NCBI RefSeq assembly: GCF_009914755.1
Contig: NC_060930.1
Reading direction: 5' to 3' (one strand)
DNA from: the human T2T-CHM13v2.0 reference genome, Homo sapiens
Length of the DNA stretch: 64,000 nt
Shown piece after piece: positions 63,896 to 64,000 of the stretch. A program made the translations under genes and the position numbers. The notes below the pieces were generated by a model. That model was not told the origin of the DNA. It worked only from the letters and a program-made list of their open reading frames with translations, and made no database searches. How positions within the stretch are numbered: position 1 is the first letter of the stretch; each line of letters opens with the position of its first letter.

Positions 63896-64000
63896 CTGGG
63901 GAAAAATCACGAACAGCAGTACATTTTCTGCGCATCTTTTATGTACTAGGCAACTGTGGTAGTCATAAATTCTGTCACACAGATCGCATAGTTGTCAATA

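Overview
Primate (most likely human) genomic DNA, extremely Alu-dense. The only intact protein-coding gene is GTF3C6 (TFIIIC 35-kDa subunit, + strand): six coding exons at 41392-50412 splice by GT-AG into 642 nt = 213 aa plus stop, behind a CpG-island promoter. From memory this gene is at human 6q21 between AMD1 and RPF2. Positions 1-5682 are the gag-pro-pol-env-3'LTR part of a decayed, multiply deleted HERV-K(HML-3)/MER9 provirus. It is followed by a PDAP1 processed pseudogene inserted into the middle of an Alu. The rest is transposon debris (Alu, MIR, L1, MLT, MER5, Tigger4, ERV1 LTRs). I found no new multi-gene system. The most unusual items are molecular fossils: (i) a capped, probably spliced, polyadenylated MER41 ERV RNA retroposed by L1 (35852-37325), carrying tandem GAS motifs about 4.5 kb upstream of GTF3C6; (ii) an Alu fragment with clustered A-to-G changes that look like fixed ADAR editing (59333-59497); (iii) at least five locally templated insertion or fold-back scars; (iv) tiny TPRT inserts (U13 snoRNA copy, 24-nt orphan, poly(A)-only); (v) a uORF/YY1 element and tandem splice sites in GTF3C6. 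Repeat family names and consensus comparisons are from memory, not from a database search.
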